From assembly GCF_003704095.1 (NCBI RefSeq), contig NW_020845410.1, forward strand, positions 1,426,001 through 1,490,000: a DNA stretch of 64,000 bases, read 5' to 3'. Position numbers and translations under genes: made by a program. The notes under the pieces were generated by a model. The model was not told the origin of the DNA, did not search any database, and saw nothing but the letters and a program-made list of their open reading frames with translations. This document shows, one piece after another, positions 1-12,000 of this stretch. The first letter of the stretch is position 1; each line of letters opens with the position of its first letter. Origin of the DNA: Pocillopora damicornis (lineage: Eukaryota).

Positions 1-2999
1 TTACTTTACATTCTAATGATGAACTTCCTATCTCTGGTTAATCATTTTTTTGTCAGTATGCATGACCACAGAAATAGGGATAAAGAACTATTCGAATCAA
101 CATATTTTTAAACAGAGTAGAAGTATTTTCAATTTTCCCATGCATTTTATGCAATACGAATTTTAACTTTTATTTTAAGACCAACTTAATAAATGAAATC
201 TGTTGATCCCCGCCGAGATAGGGAGCGGCTTGTTATGAATAAAATTATTATATAAATTAGTGAGGTTTTTAAAGAAACTCCCCCAGATTTCCAGCGGAGG
301 AAAATAGCTCACCGAACTTTTTAAATTTAACGAGTAAATGATGAAGAAAAGAAATAGAGCAAACGGGATGTAGTCATTTCTGTTAGGCCAGAAATGTTTA
401 TTTCCAAAACCACTTGAATTAAGTTTTAAGAATTAGAATGCAGATTGTTTTCTAAATTTCGACCAACTCTTTGTTTGTTTCTGAACCTACAATGAGCTCA
501 TTTGGAAATAAAAAGGATTTATCCTTGCAATGTGCTCCTTTTGGAATTTTTGCCTGCACTTGAAAGTGAATTTTCTCAGATTTTAAAACCGGCTTCACTT
601 TCTTTCACTTTCGGTCAAATCATCTGTTTTAGTTGTGTTTAGAGAATTTCATGATACAAGATGCTAAATTTACCTCAAGACGATAAACACTAAGAACTTT
701 TCCCTTATTTGCAATTATACAACATTTTATTTTTATCAAAGATAACATGTTAAATTTGTACTCGGGTGGGTTAGTTTTTTGTCGCTGATACCGTCTCACA
801 TAGGCTCTTTGGGAAACATTTTCCTCAAAACTGTGTTTTTTTTTCTCTAGTGTCACCTCAGTTAACAAGAAATCTTTGTGTATAAATCTCAGCACAGCTT
901 GAGAGCAAAATTCAATTAATTTGTAGTATCCCGTGGCAAGCGAATCACCTTTATTGACACCATCGTCAACGCCTTGAGTCACAGACCTCTTTTAATTAGT
1001 CAAATCGTTCAACTAAAGAAAAAAGGCACTTGATACTTTTCAAGAACAGGAAAAGACTAACATAAATTGGATATTGTAAACTTCAAGTCTTTATTCTTAT
1101 TTGTCTTCATTTTTTGAAAATGGTTACTGACAATAATCCCGGTACCAAGCTTATTTACTCTGTATGTTCTTTTATTTATTGGTTATCATCCATGCTTTCT
1201 TTGTCTTTCAAAGCTGAAAATTGTAGCCTCCAAAGTTTTGATCCTCTGAGACTGGAGGCTGGTGTGGATTTTAATTCAAGCAACTTTTAACTGAGTGATT
1301 GTTGACCTTAAGACGACGAGTCCACGAATCCTGCCTTGCCGGCTTCTATCACTTGTAGGTTGTAAAAACCGATGGCTTTTCACACGAATGTTAACTGCAG
1401 ACCAGGCAAGAGACAATTTCGTTGATACGTTACTCAATAATAATAACATACATTTATCCTTCTTAAGAATTGGTATCGAATTTTCGGAAATTTCGTTGCC
1501 AGTCAATACTGCCTTTCAATTAATCCATCTCCCTTATCTTTTGAATGTACAAATATGAAGTAGAAGTGATTTTGTTTGTTCCAGCTTGTTAAACAAAGTA
1601 AATTTGGAGCTTTCTGTGGTCACTTGGAATTTTCAGCTGTCCTTTTATAAAAAATGGTTGAGGGAACATAAAAGCCGGAACTCAATTAATAAAAAGTGAA
1701 ATGCAATAAACTCCGAACATGCACACGACATTTTCATATGTTCTTGAGTTCCTTCGATCACAAAGGAAATTAGATTCAAATTAAAAAACGAGACCTTACC
1801 TTCGAATTCGTATTTTTCTGCCTGGCCATGAGTGCATGAATATGATAGATAAATCGAGCGAGAACAATTTTACATGCACCTTTTGGTGTAGCTATCTTTG
1901 GTGGATCATCATTATTAATATTATTTAAATAGTTCCTTTCATCTCGTTCAGTTCGCCGACGAAGTATGCCCCTCTTTGTCGAAATTTTTCTTTCAAAAAG
2001 TTCCATGACTAAACGATACTTTTCTCCTAATTAATGTTTTTTTCCATTTCCTTGGCTTTCCTAAACAAAGTCATTAGGGTTTCTTTGACTTTAATCGAAG
2101 TAAAGGGACGCTTCTGAATACGAGAATCACTTTTCCATAAATCTTACTTCCTTGTAAGATACCTATCAGATTTCTTCTTCTGAGTAAACAGTGTACCTGT
2201 ATCACTAAAAAAAATTGACTTGCTTGTCATCGATGATGTGTGGGGTGAATTTCCTTCCTCAGTTTTTATCGGAAAAAACCCTCATGACACGTTTGAGGCT
2301 CAAGGCTCAACCAGAAATTGAACTCGATTAACCAACATCGTGTGTCATTTCTTCAGCTTATCAATTGATCTTTCTGCTGATATTTTTCTCCTGTCTTCTG
2401 TTCATGCTTTGACGGGGCAAAATCTCGATGATTTAAAAGCAAAAATTGGAAAATAAAACGAACCATAAGAACCAAAAGAAGTGCATCAGGGATGATCGTC
2501 ATCAAATTCCAACTTAGAATTAGGGTGAAAGTAAAGGCTGGTTTAAACGTCTGTTGTGTGGTGTAGGCAGACTGGCAGGTCCTGCATGTTCTTCGAATGT
2601 GTCAGACTGGGGTTTTTACCTTGCTCTTGGGGCTCGTTCTTGTTTTTTATCATATTCGACGATAAAGGAAAAGTTTTTTTGTGTGGTTTTCCCGCGCGCG
2701 CCAGTCTATCGCGTCCTATTTAAGTGAAAACAAACTTTTCGAATTTTTCAAAACTTAGTCAGTAGTCGTATGATAAATTGCTTATTGACTGAGTTAGGTC
2801 GGGCCGGAAAATATATGGCTCTCATTTCATGACCTTGAAACGAACAGAAATGTCCTAAAATCGCACGGAGCAAAAATGTTCAAAAAAAAGGCGAAGATGT
2901 TTAATCCACACACTATCCTCTCACATTCATTAGAATTAAAGATAGCGGTCGTTAAAGATAGCGTTCAGTCCTGCAATTTTGTCTGCTCTTAATTTCTCT

Positions 3000-3276
3000 T
3001 TAAAACATTGCAATACCGCCTAAGTGTTGTTGATGTTCCTAATTTCTCGCACTCTTTTGTCAATCCAGTTGCGTATGAATTTAGAATTTCTGAGTTTAAA
3101 CGCGCGCTTATCATGTGCTGCACTAGGAAGGAAAAATCCGCGAACACGAAACGACCTGGAACAGTGAATTGTGCTCTTACAGTTTTTTCTCGAAGGCAGA
3201 GTGAGATATAGTACGAAACACTGCTATTCGCCTTCAAGAAGCATTTGAACAAGAAGCTATGGACACTAAACTTTAA
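3000..3276 (+). pseudogene. Class A GPCR relic (TM7 to C-terminus only), paralog of 4417..5397
   Basis: Translates to NFSHSFVNPVAYEFRISEFKRAL, versus NYSNSFVNPVIYVLRIPEFKQAL in the intact copy. It ends gaacaagaagctatggacactaaactttaa (EQEAMDTKL*, versus EQEDKETKL*). It is disrupted and the 5' part is missing. The 5' boundary is approximate. Confidence 0.85.
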
Positions 3277-3339
3277 CCATATAGGACAAGAGAACTTAAT
3301 CAGCGTTGAAGCTATGTAACAGAATACTTCCTGGTAGAA

Positions 3340-3530
3340 GAGCTGAGCATCGTCTACTTGCAAACCACGCTATTGACTGGGACATTGCGTATTGCCTAAC
3401 CTACAGCACCAACTCTTGTCAACGAATGACTATGAAAAGCTAGGGTATACTAACTTAAAACAGACACTCCCCAAAAGGTGTCAATAACTACCGGCAGCAT
3501 ACAACAACTTATTCAGTCACGAAATTTACA
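3340..3530 (+). mobile_element. Penelope-like retroelement remnant (C-terminus of GIY-YIG endonuclease region)
   Basis: The degenerate translation AEHRLLANHAIDWDIAYCLTYSTNSCQRMTMKS*..TNLKQTLPKRCQ*LPAAY fits the AEH..H.IDWD...R..LES...N end of Penelope ORFs. It contains stops and frameshifts. Confidence 0.75.
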
Positions 3531-3616
3531 CCACATAAGAACCAAACGTAACGCCCTAATGTTACCGACCGATCGAAACTAAACAAAAACGACCGATTTA
3601 CATTCTCTTGACTCAC

Positions 3617-3775
3617 ATTCGTTCAGACGAAAGGCTAATGCTCGAAACGTTAGCTTTTAAACTCTCAACGGCGGCCAATTTACGTTATCAATTCAGTTTA
3701 AAATACTAAATTATCCTGTTACACTCTCCCATCCGACGCAGCACCACAGTTTCTTTAGAGACTTACCCCCTTTAT
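3617..3775 (+). mobile_element. Short non-autonomous repeat carrying a degenerate minimal type I hammerhead ribozyme motif (3621..3654)
   Basis: GTT-CAGACGA-A-AGGC-TAAT-GCTC-GAAA-CG-TT-AGC, compared with the CUGANGA..GAAA..NUH core. Sister copies lie at ~58262-58345 and 63010-63273. Confidence 0.7.
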
Positions 3776-4416
3776 CCATTTACGCCGGTTGAGTATTATA
3801 GCCCATAGCATAATGGTTCAACTGACCAATCAGTTTACAAGAACCGGACTCACAACACTCCACCTTGTGTTACTTGTAGGAAGTGGATAGGGATGAATCA
3901 AGAAATTGTATAAAGTCAATATTGAGAAGTGCTCAGTTTCTATTGGTGAACTATGAGGGGATCAAATGGATCAACTGTTTCATTGAGCATCATTCGACTT
4001 TAAAGCGACAGACCGTCAGACATATGAGTCGTATATGAAATATTTCTTTAAAAAGAATTTTTTTTTGTCCGACTATTAACTAAAGTGAGAAGAAGTATAA
4101 TGAATTTGGAATATGAAGGCAGCAAATTTCAATTAAAAGCGATCAAATTTTCCGTGAAATACAGAATAACAACTACGCCTTTCAGTTCCATATTTGACTT
4201 TAAGTTAGCATCAGGTTATCTCCACCAATGAAATTGTGACATCTTGTCACCTGCACAGTGCTTATCTTTACAGCTTCAGAAAATGTACTGCCACTTACGA
4301 TGTTAGTACTCAGTGTTGACAGACCTGCGCTCGTTTTCTTTGGATCACCTCGCTTTCTTTTTTAAAATTCCGTTGATTGCAGACCTCTGCATAACTTTTT
4401 TTCTTACGCCAAGAAA

Positions 4417-5397
4417 ATGAGCAACACTTCGTTTTCCAAGGCAGAAGGTATCGTGTTTTGCAGCGCCTTCTTTTTGACGTCTGTTCTGATCGTCGCGGGA
4501 AACTTGCTTTCTCTTGTCCTCTGTGTCCGTACCAAAGCACTTAGGAAGAAAAGTTTCTTTCTTATCATCAACATGACGTTTGCAGATTTGATGCTTGGAG
4601 GTTTGACTCTTCCTATTTACACATACATTGCAGGAGCCACGCTCTATCCGCTTTGGACATTTAATTATGTTTTTGATTACAAGGCCGCCACGTTTTTCTA
4701 CTTAATCGCTGATACCCTGTTTGTGTTCGCCTCTTTGCTTTCTGCAACCTTTATATCCTGTGAGAGATTTTACGCAACGTATCAGCCGTTTAAACACCGA
4801 ACATTGTCAACGAATACATACAGCATCACCATTTTCATGCTATGGACACTGGCTGTCTTAGTGGCAACATTACTGATCGTGTTAAAAGAGCTACAATCAG
4901 TAGAATATGCAATTTACGTGGCAGTTCCTTTTACTCTAACTCTAATGATCATCATATGCGTTTGTAACGTCGGTATATGGAGACAATTCCAACACGCAAG
5001 TGCCGCTTCACAACAAAAAAACAGAGACTCGCAAAGAAAACGTTTTACAAAAACCTTAGTGTTTGTATCTACTCTAACTTTAATATGTTGGCTTCCTTTC
5101 CTTGTCATGAACATTTTAATGGTTTTATATGACGATGCAATATCGTTGAGGTTTTACTTAATGGTAAACATTCTAAATTATTCCAATTCTTTTGTAAATC
5201 CAGTTATCTATGTACTAAGAATCCCTGAATTTAAACAAGCGCTTAGTTCAATTAAGCTGCGGCAAGAGAGAAATGCAGCCATGAAACTGGAACGAACTAG
5301 AAAAGGAAGACAAGTGACAGAGCCAAGAATATTACAAACCGCTGCCAGTCATTTTCAAGGGCTTCTTGAACAGGAGGATAAGGAGACCAAACTTTAA
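4417..5397 (+). CDS. Intronless rhodopsin-class (class A) orphan GPCR, 326 aa, adenosine/MECA-like cnidarian-expanded type
   Basis: Seven hydrophobic segments. Motifs: GN (TM1), ADL (TM2), CERFYA (DRY equivalent), W in TM4, CWLP (TM6), NPVIY (TM7). Very short N-terminus with an NTS sequon. Confidence 0.93.
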   Translation: MSNTSFSKAEGIVFCSAFFLTSVLIVAGNLLSLVLCVRTKALRKKSFFLIINMTFADLMLGGLTLPIYTYIAGATLYPLWTFNYVFDYKAATFFYLIADTLFVFASLLSATFISCERFYATYQPFKHRTLSTNTYSITIFMLWTLAVLVATLLIVLKELQSVEYAIYVAVPFTLTLMIIICVCNVGIWRQFQHASAASQQKNRDSQRKRFTKTLVFVSTLTLICWLPFLVMNILMVLYDDAISLRFYLMVNILNYSNSFVNPVIYVLRIPEFKQALSSIKLRQERNAAMKLERTRKGRQVTEPRILQTAASHFQGLLEQEDKETKL

Positions 5398-6237
5398 TCA
5401 AAAAAGATAGCCACCAGCAACAAAACCGCAGAAACGGGACGACAAAGAAATGCAACGAAAAATTGGTTTAGTAAACTGATGTTTATACAACGTCCTCTGT
5501 CATATTTCAAACACTTTTCAATAAGAATCTTATCAGAGCAAAACGAGAGCAACACGGCAAATGACCTTTAACCATTGTCTTTGGAAAGCTGGTTTGCAAA
5601 CTCTTCTCGAGAGTTTTCAACAGTGCATCCATCATTGACCAATCAGAAACGCGATATTTTGTTGAGTATATAATAATACCAATTAACCATACTAGACATA
5701 CGTTACTTAAGCTAATGGTATGAGTGCGAACAAACACAATTGAATTTTGGTACGATACACATAATTGCGAATGTGGATATTTCTGGTACATATTATCACT
5801 GGATAATTCGACACAATTTTTCGATATCAATCGGATCTGTGAATTATTCTTTTTCTCTCTTTCACTTAATCAAGCATTTGGCACTTTTTTCATGTAAAAA
5901 CTGGCCTAAAACACACACATTTCCTTTATCATTCTTGCGTAACCAAATAATAACGAAACAGATGTAGATACCTTAAACTATAAAATATGGTCACAATGCT
6001 TCCTTTCAATAGCTTGAAGTAAACTTCCACCAATAACAATGAAATAAAGGAAAAGGAACCGCCATACATACTATTGTTATTGTGTAAATTACTTAGCTGT
6101 TAGTGAGGAACACTCACGTAAAGCGTTATCATTCTGCTTCGTTAAAAACTTTGCGATCTTCGTCTTTGAAATACCACTTGCTTTCATTTTTCGTTTTTTA
6201 CACAAGTCTGACAAATGCGTCTGGATCATCAAGAATA

Positions 6238-7232
6238 ATGTCTTCTAAGGCAGAGGGCATCGCTTTGTGCAACGCTTCTGTGTTGGCATCTGTTAATTGT
6301 TTCAGGTAACTCGCTCGTTCTTGTTCTCTGCGCAGTCAACAGGACATTGCATAAAAAAGGTTTAATTCTAGTCATCTACATAACGTTTGCGGATTTGATG
6401 CTAAGAGCTTTGAGTCTGCCCATTTTCATCTAGTATCTCGGACTGAACAATCCCGGGCTTTGGACTGTAAGATACATTTCCTCGTCTCTTAGAGATATTT
6501 TTCAAATCCGTTGACACCCTTTTCACGTATGCTTCGTTACTCTCTGCAGTCTTTATATCCTGAGAAAGATTCTACGCAACATACCGGCCGTTTAGTTACA
6601 GGAAATTATCGATGAGCACGTACTGCATCATCATTTTTACATTTTGGATATTAGCAACTTTAGTATCCACTATATATATCAAGTTAACGTATCTGGCCTC
6701 AGTTAAACATTATATGTATGCATCAGTCATCTTCTTTTTTAGTCTCACAATGATCATATGTTTTTCAGTGCAACATTGGTATTTGGGGAAAATTTCGAAA
6801 CGGAAGAGTCGGTTCACAACAGCAAAACAGAGACCCTCGAAGTAAAAGTTTCACAAATACTTTGCTGTTTGTTTCCGGTTTGACGTTAATATGCTGGCTT
6901 CCTTTAAACATTTGTAATTTTTTTTAAATATGTAGTTGAGATCGGATCAATACCTTGGAATTTTTATTTGATGGTGAGTAGTTTAAGTTATTGCACTCTT
7001 TTGTCAATCCAGCTGTGTATGCAGTCAGAATTTTTGAGTTTAACAAAGCCCTTCGTTTATGTCGCACCGGGCGGGTAACAGGCATAATCACGGACCGACC
7101 TGAGGGAGGAAATTGCGGGAAAGCGGTTTTGACGACGACAACAGAGCTAAGAATGTTACCAAGCGATTCTAATTTAAGGAGTCTTCGTCGACTGGTGCTA
7201 GAGCAGGATGTTACATAGATACTCGACTTTAA
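6238..7232 (+). pseudogene. Full-length GPCR pseudogene, tandem paralog of 4417..5397
   Basis: Colinear from MSSKAEGIALC through FADLML, S*ERFYA (TGA in place of Cys), CWLP and SFVNPAVY to the C-terminal LEQD. Multiple frameshifts and in-frame stops. Confidence 0.9.
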
Positions 7233-8635
7233 CCAGCTGGAAAAGAAAAACAAGCGGAGAATCAAAGATACGTGAGAGCGGTAGATCAGTAATTTGTAAA
7301 GAGAGTTTTCCGCTTTGATGTTGCGATAGTACCCTTTATTATGATTTTTATTGCGTTGATTGTGTATGCAAATAAGGTCTGAATGTGATTCTGGCATAAT
7401 AAAGATTGTTTTTTACGAATCTGAGTATGATACCCTGCCTTGAAAAAATTAATTAATACTCGTTCAGATATGAACTGGAATCAACTGGATCCTTAACGAT
7501 TGAACGTGGTGATACAGAAAAGACACAAAAAATGAAAATTTGAATTTAAATTATGATTCCAATGATGAAACAGCACAGCGTATGACAGAATTAACATATT
7601 TGCAATTAAGCTGCATAACAGTATTCGGGAAAAATTGGGCGCCAAAAGAGGTACCTGAGTTTAACATTATACTGACTTAGAGAAAAACGACATACGAGTT
7701 TATTGTTTACAGGAAAAATGCGAAATGGATGAGTTGCTGGTTTTGAGGAAGACATAAGTGACAAGAACTTCCCGTCACCTCTAAGATCGATGTGGATATA
7801 GGGAAATTAAGAGATAATACACTCGAGACGCCCAATATTTTATATCCATCAAGATGACCCAAAAATTAAGCGCATATAATTTTAAAAGGAGACATTCACA
7901 ATGGACTGACTTGCCATGATCCCTCTGACGCAAGTTGTCCTCAGCTGTCAGTCTTACTCCACCATTATAAATCCACCTGTTCTTCGATAATATGAATTGT
8001 TTAGCAGGAAAATGACATGATTAAACATATGTCGTGGACATAAAATGCGTTCATCGGTCCTTATTCGTGTGCTACTTAATCGTTCATATCGATCAATTTT
8101 GTGCCCACTTTTTTATTATATACAACCTTTATATCGTTTGACAGATTTCACGTCACGCATTGGCCTTTTAACCACTAAAAATAATTACACTTTCAAGTCT
8201 GAAAATGACTCCGCATGAAGATGTAGTCTCACCTGTCTCAAGTTATATTAGTATAATATGATACCATTTTAAAAAATGTTGTCCTAAAATTATCAGTTTT
8301 CGGCCAGCATTATGATCTGTCCAATTTGAGGTCTACATACATTTATAAACGCCACTCGACGGCAGTGCGGCTGCAGGAAATAGATTTTATTTGATCAAAC
8401 GAGCGTTCAATTTGGCCATTCCACAAATATCTGGATATTTTTTGGAAACAGCGCTACTGAAACCTCATATTTTGCTTGACCCATGTATTTCAGTTCTTGA
8501 AATGCTACTTAATTTACCGCTTGCTTCAGTAATCTATTAGTAAGGCAACATGAAAAGTTGCATCCGTGATCTCTTGAAATTCGTTTTTGTTGTCCTTACG
8601 TCTCCACATCACAAAGACAATCCCACACATACATA

Positions 8636-8759
8636 AAAACACTTCGGAAAAAAGGTTTCTCTCTAGTTATAAGCATGGCCCTTTGCTGATCTGATGTTAG
8701 GAGCCTTACCTCTTCCTATATTTGTGTTCATTTTTGGAGTCGACTATCAGCTTTCGACA
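8636..8759 (+). pseudogene. GPCR relic (ICL1-TM2 fragment)
   Basis: KTLRKKGFSLVISMA/(frameshift)/FADLMLGALPLPIFVFIFGVDYQL, versus KALRKKSFFLIINMTFADLMLGGLTLPIY in the intact gene. Not present in the ORF track. Confidence 0.8.
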
Positions 8760-8786
8760 GAAAGCGATACTTTTGATCCTAAGGCA

Positions 8787-8897
8787 ATTAGATTATTCGA
8801 AGGGGCGCTTGTTTGAAATTTTGGTCTTGGGGGTGGAAGCTTATTTGGGGGAGGGTGCTTATTAGAGCGTGGGCGCTTATTCAAGTAAATTCGGTAT
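8787..8897. repeat. MITE-like fragment with internal GGCGCTTATT-type subrepeats
   Basis: Four spaced variants (ggcgcttgttt, aagcttattt, gtgcttatta, ggcgcttattc), ending in ttcggta. Confidence 0.5.
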
Positions 8898-9006
8898 TTT
8901 TGTAGTTTACGAGCCACAGCAAAATGGTACATACATTTCATCCAACGTGGAAGAAGTTACATCATGGGAAAAAATAGCAAATAGCAAATGGGGGTCTGGA
9001 TACCAC

Positions 9007-12000
9007 ATGGTCATGCATAAAACCGAGGCAACGAAAATGAAGCAATGGCGGCTGGCTGCTGTAGGATTTAGCCTTGTAGTTTTACTGCTTGTAGCAAATT
9101 TCAGGTAAGCTATGGAGAGTTATGTTCAAAAATTAAAAATTAGTTTTGAATACGTATTCGAGTTTCCCTTGCTGCCGTAGCATACAGTTCAGGAAAAGGT
9201 CCAAACGTGGTAAAGCACAAGAAAATCAGAGAAAATCCATTGTTATCGATAAGATATCCACTTCAGCTGGTCCAGAAACTATAAACACAAGTTCTGTGGG
9301 TAAGTTCTGTCGGTTGGATGATACGAATTGACATATTCGTAGTTTTTTATTCACTTTACATTAAACTGTATTCGCGTGCCAAAAAATTACTCGAGGAAAT
9401 TTTCAAAATAATATTTAACTTAGCGGTAGATGTTGAAGTGATAAATGCGAATGTGGGTCCAGCTAGTTTACTTCGCCATTTTAATTCTCAAGCAAACATG
9501 TGCAAACGTTGACGTGTCAACATTCTATTCTATGTACTAACAAATAATGTACATTTTTTGTTTCCATGCGTCTGTCAATCGATGGTTCATAGTTACTGTA
9601 ATTATAGTAATAGTTTCAAGTGTGGCAAGAACATTGATGTTTGTAGCAACTCATTTACATGTCATTGAATAAGAATAGCGTCTATTGTGTTATGCCTCGA
9701 TCTTCAAAGCCTCCCGACACGTGTAAGTGAGGCGGACCAAAGTTGCGGGGTATTCTGAAGTTTAGCCCGCATTTTGAGGTCATCAGTGATCTACGGTGTA
9801 TACAACTGAACAGACACATAGCTACATGGGCTAAACTTCAGAATACCCCGCAACTCTGGTCCGCCTCACTTACATGTGTCGGGAGGCTTTGAAGATCGAG
9901 GCATAACACAATAGACGCTGTTCTTATTCAATGACATGTAAATGAGTTGCGGGGTATTCTGAAGTTGCTCCGCTACATGGAAAATAAATTTCTTTAAGAA
10001 TGATTCGGAACTTGTTTATTTTTTATGAGAGCTGAAACAACATGTTGACATATTGTTCTCTCCTTGGTGTGTGCAGAGAATGCAAAGATGATTCCAAATT
10101 CAGACTGTGGGAAGACTGAGGAAACTCAAAGGCTTGCTGAATGTGTTCATTGCAGTGATTATGAGAAGGTAAATCTTTTGCAATGCCCAAGGTCTATGCC
10201 ATCAGTAACCAACAACTTCTCTACAGTACTGTTCATTGTGGTGAATATGCTGAACATGTGAATTAAAATCATTTGTCTCATAATGTAGTCACTTAAGATG
10301 TGGATCATAACATTATGACATTGTGACATTATGCATGATAGGAGTTTTCTTTAGACAATAAGATGGAATGAATTTGCCTCAACTTATCAACTGTCTGTTC
10401 AGCTATGATTGGGTGGAATTTCACAGCTGTGATTGGCAAATTTGGTCAAAATATTCCTTTAGATGGTTCTCATGTTCATGGTGGAATACTTAACTTGTTT
10501 CTCTGACCCACTCTTTCTTTGCTATGTCCTTTACATTCTTTGCACCCCTCAGGGGAAAGGAAACATTTTTTTTTAACAATAAAACTGAAGAATTAATAAA
10601 TACTCAAAAGAAAGCTGGCAAGAAGTTTCTAGTCATTGATCATATCCCAAAAAAACCCTTGATAAATCTTTTTAGTCATTAATCATAACCCAAAATAAAG
10701 AGTAAAACAATCTCTATATACATACCCTTTACCTGTACTTACCTAGGTCAATGTCTGTACTGTAAGTCATGGACCAAGTTTTTTCCACTCAGGTTTACAG
10801 CCCAAGTAGGAAGCACATGGGCCATAAATACGAGCAGAAAAAAATTTTGTAACTTAACCCTTCAACCTCCAAGATCTGATTGCTAATTCTTCCCTCTTGG
10901 TACTGCACATTACCTTGTCAATAAGTTATTAGAATTTGGTGTTAGATCAAGATAAGATCTGCCTGATTATTTTGTTTATTCTTATTACCTGTTTGTTGGA
11001 TAATGCATGGACATTTAGGGGAGAAGTTACATGTTAATCACTTGTGGGAGTTAAAGGGTTAAGTACAGACCAAGAAAACATGGTTAGAAAGATATTTATT
11101 ATTTCTGTGTCAAGTTGGAAGATTTCAATGCAAACAAACTTTTGAGGTTAGCAGACCATACTGTGCGATATCAATTGCTAAATTTACCAATCATGATAAC
11201 CTATGTAACTGAGAGATTTTAAAAACTAAAACAAAAGTCACATATAATCTTCTTATCTAGTGGTAGGTAGGATAAAGCACCTTTTTGATTAATCAACTTT
11301 ATTATCTCTGGGTCAAGTTGGAAGATTTCAATGCAAACAAACTTTTGAGGTTAGCAGACCATACTGTGCGATATCAATTGCTAAATTTACCAATCATGAT
11401 AACCTATGTAACTGAGAGATTTTAAAAACTAAAACAAAAGTCACATATAATCTTCTTATCTAGTGGTAGGTAGGATAAAGCACCTTTTTGATTAATCAAC
11501 TTTATTAACCGTAATTAACCGTAATTGTTCTACAGTATGGTTAGGAACAATTAAACATTGATAAATTGCAACAAGTGTAAAACTTTGTGGGCTGTCTCAT
11601 ATGCAGCAAAACAAAAGTTTGATCATTTTACTCCAATAATGAAACAGCTTATAATAAGCTTCTTCCCATACCTGTGGCTACAATGTTTAAAATCAGGAAT
11701 AACTTAGCTCCCCAGTATTAAACTGAGCTTTCTAAGGTGCATAGATATAACACTAGGAACAAAGACAGCTTAAACTTACCCAAATGCTGCACCTCACTTG
11801 CTCAACAGTCCTTCATACATCGTGAAGCAGGAGTCAGTAACACTGTTCCTTCTAATATCCAGTCTAGTCCCAGTGTAAGCTTATTCAAGTTTAATTTGAA
11901 GAAATATTTATTATCTAAATTTTTAAATAGCTAGTTTTAATCATTATGATGCTCAAGCAATATCATTGTTCTTCTAGTCTTTGTAATTGTATAATTTGTA

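Noticed and set aside
500-2500. Minus-strand ORF fragments (629-982, 1776-2006) with a coding-like, possibly zinc-finger-like look
   Set aside because: No continuous frame, splice chain or identifiable motif. It may be a decayed transposon gene, but this cannot be supported without a profile search.
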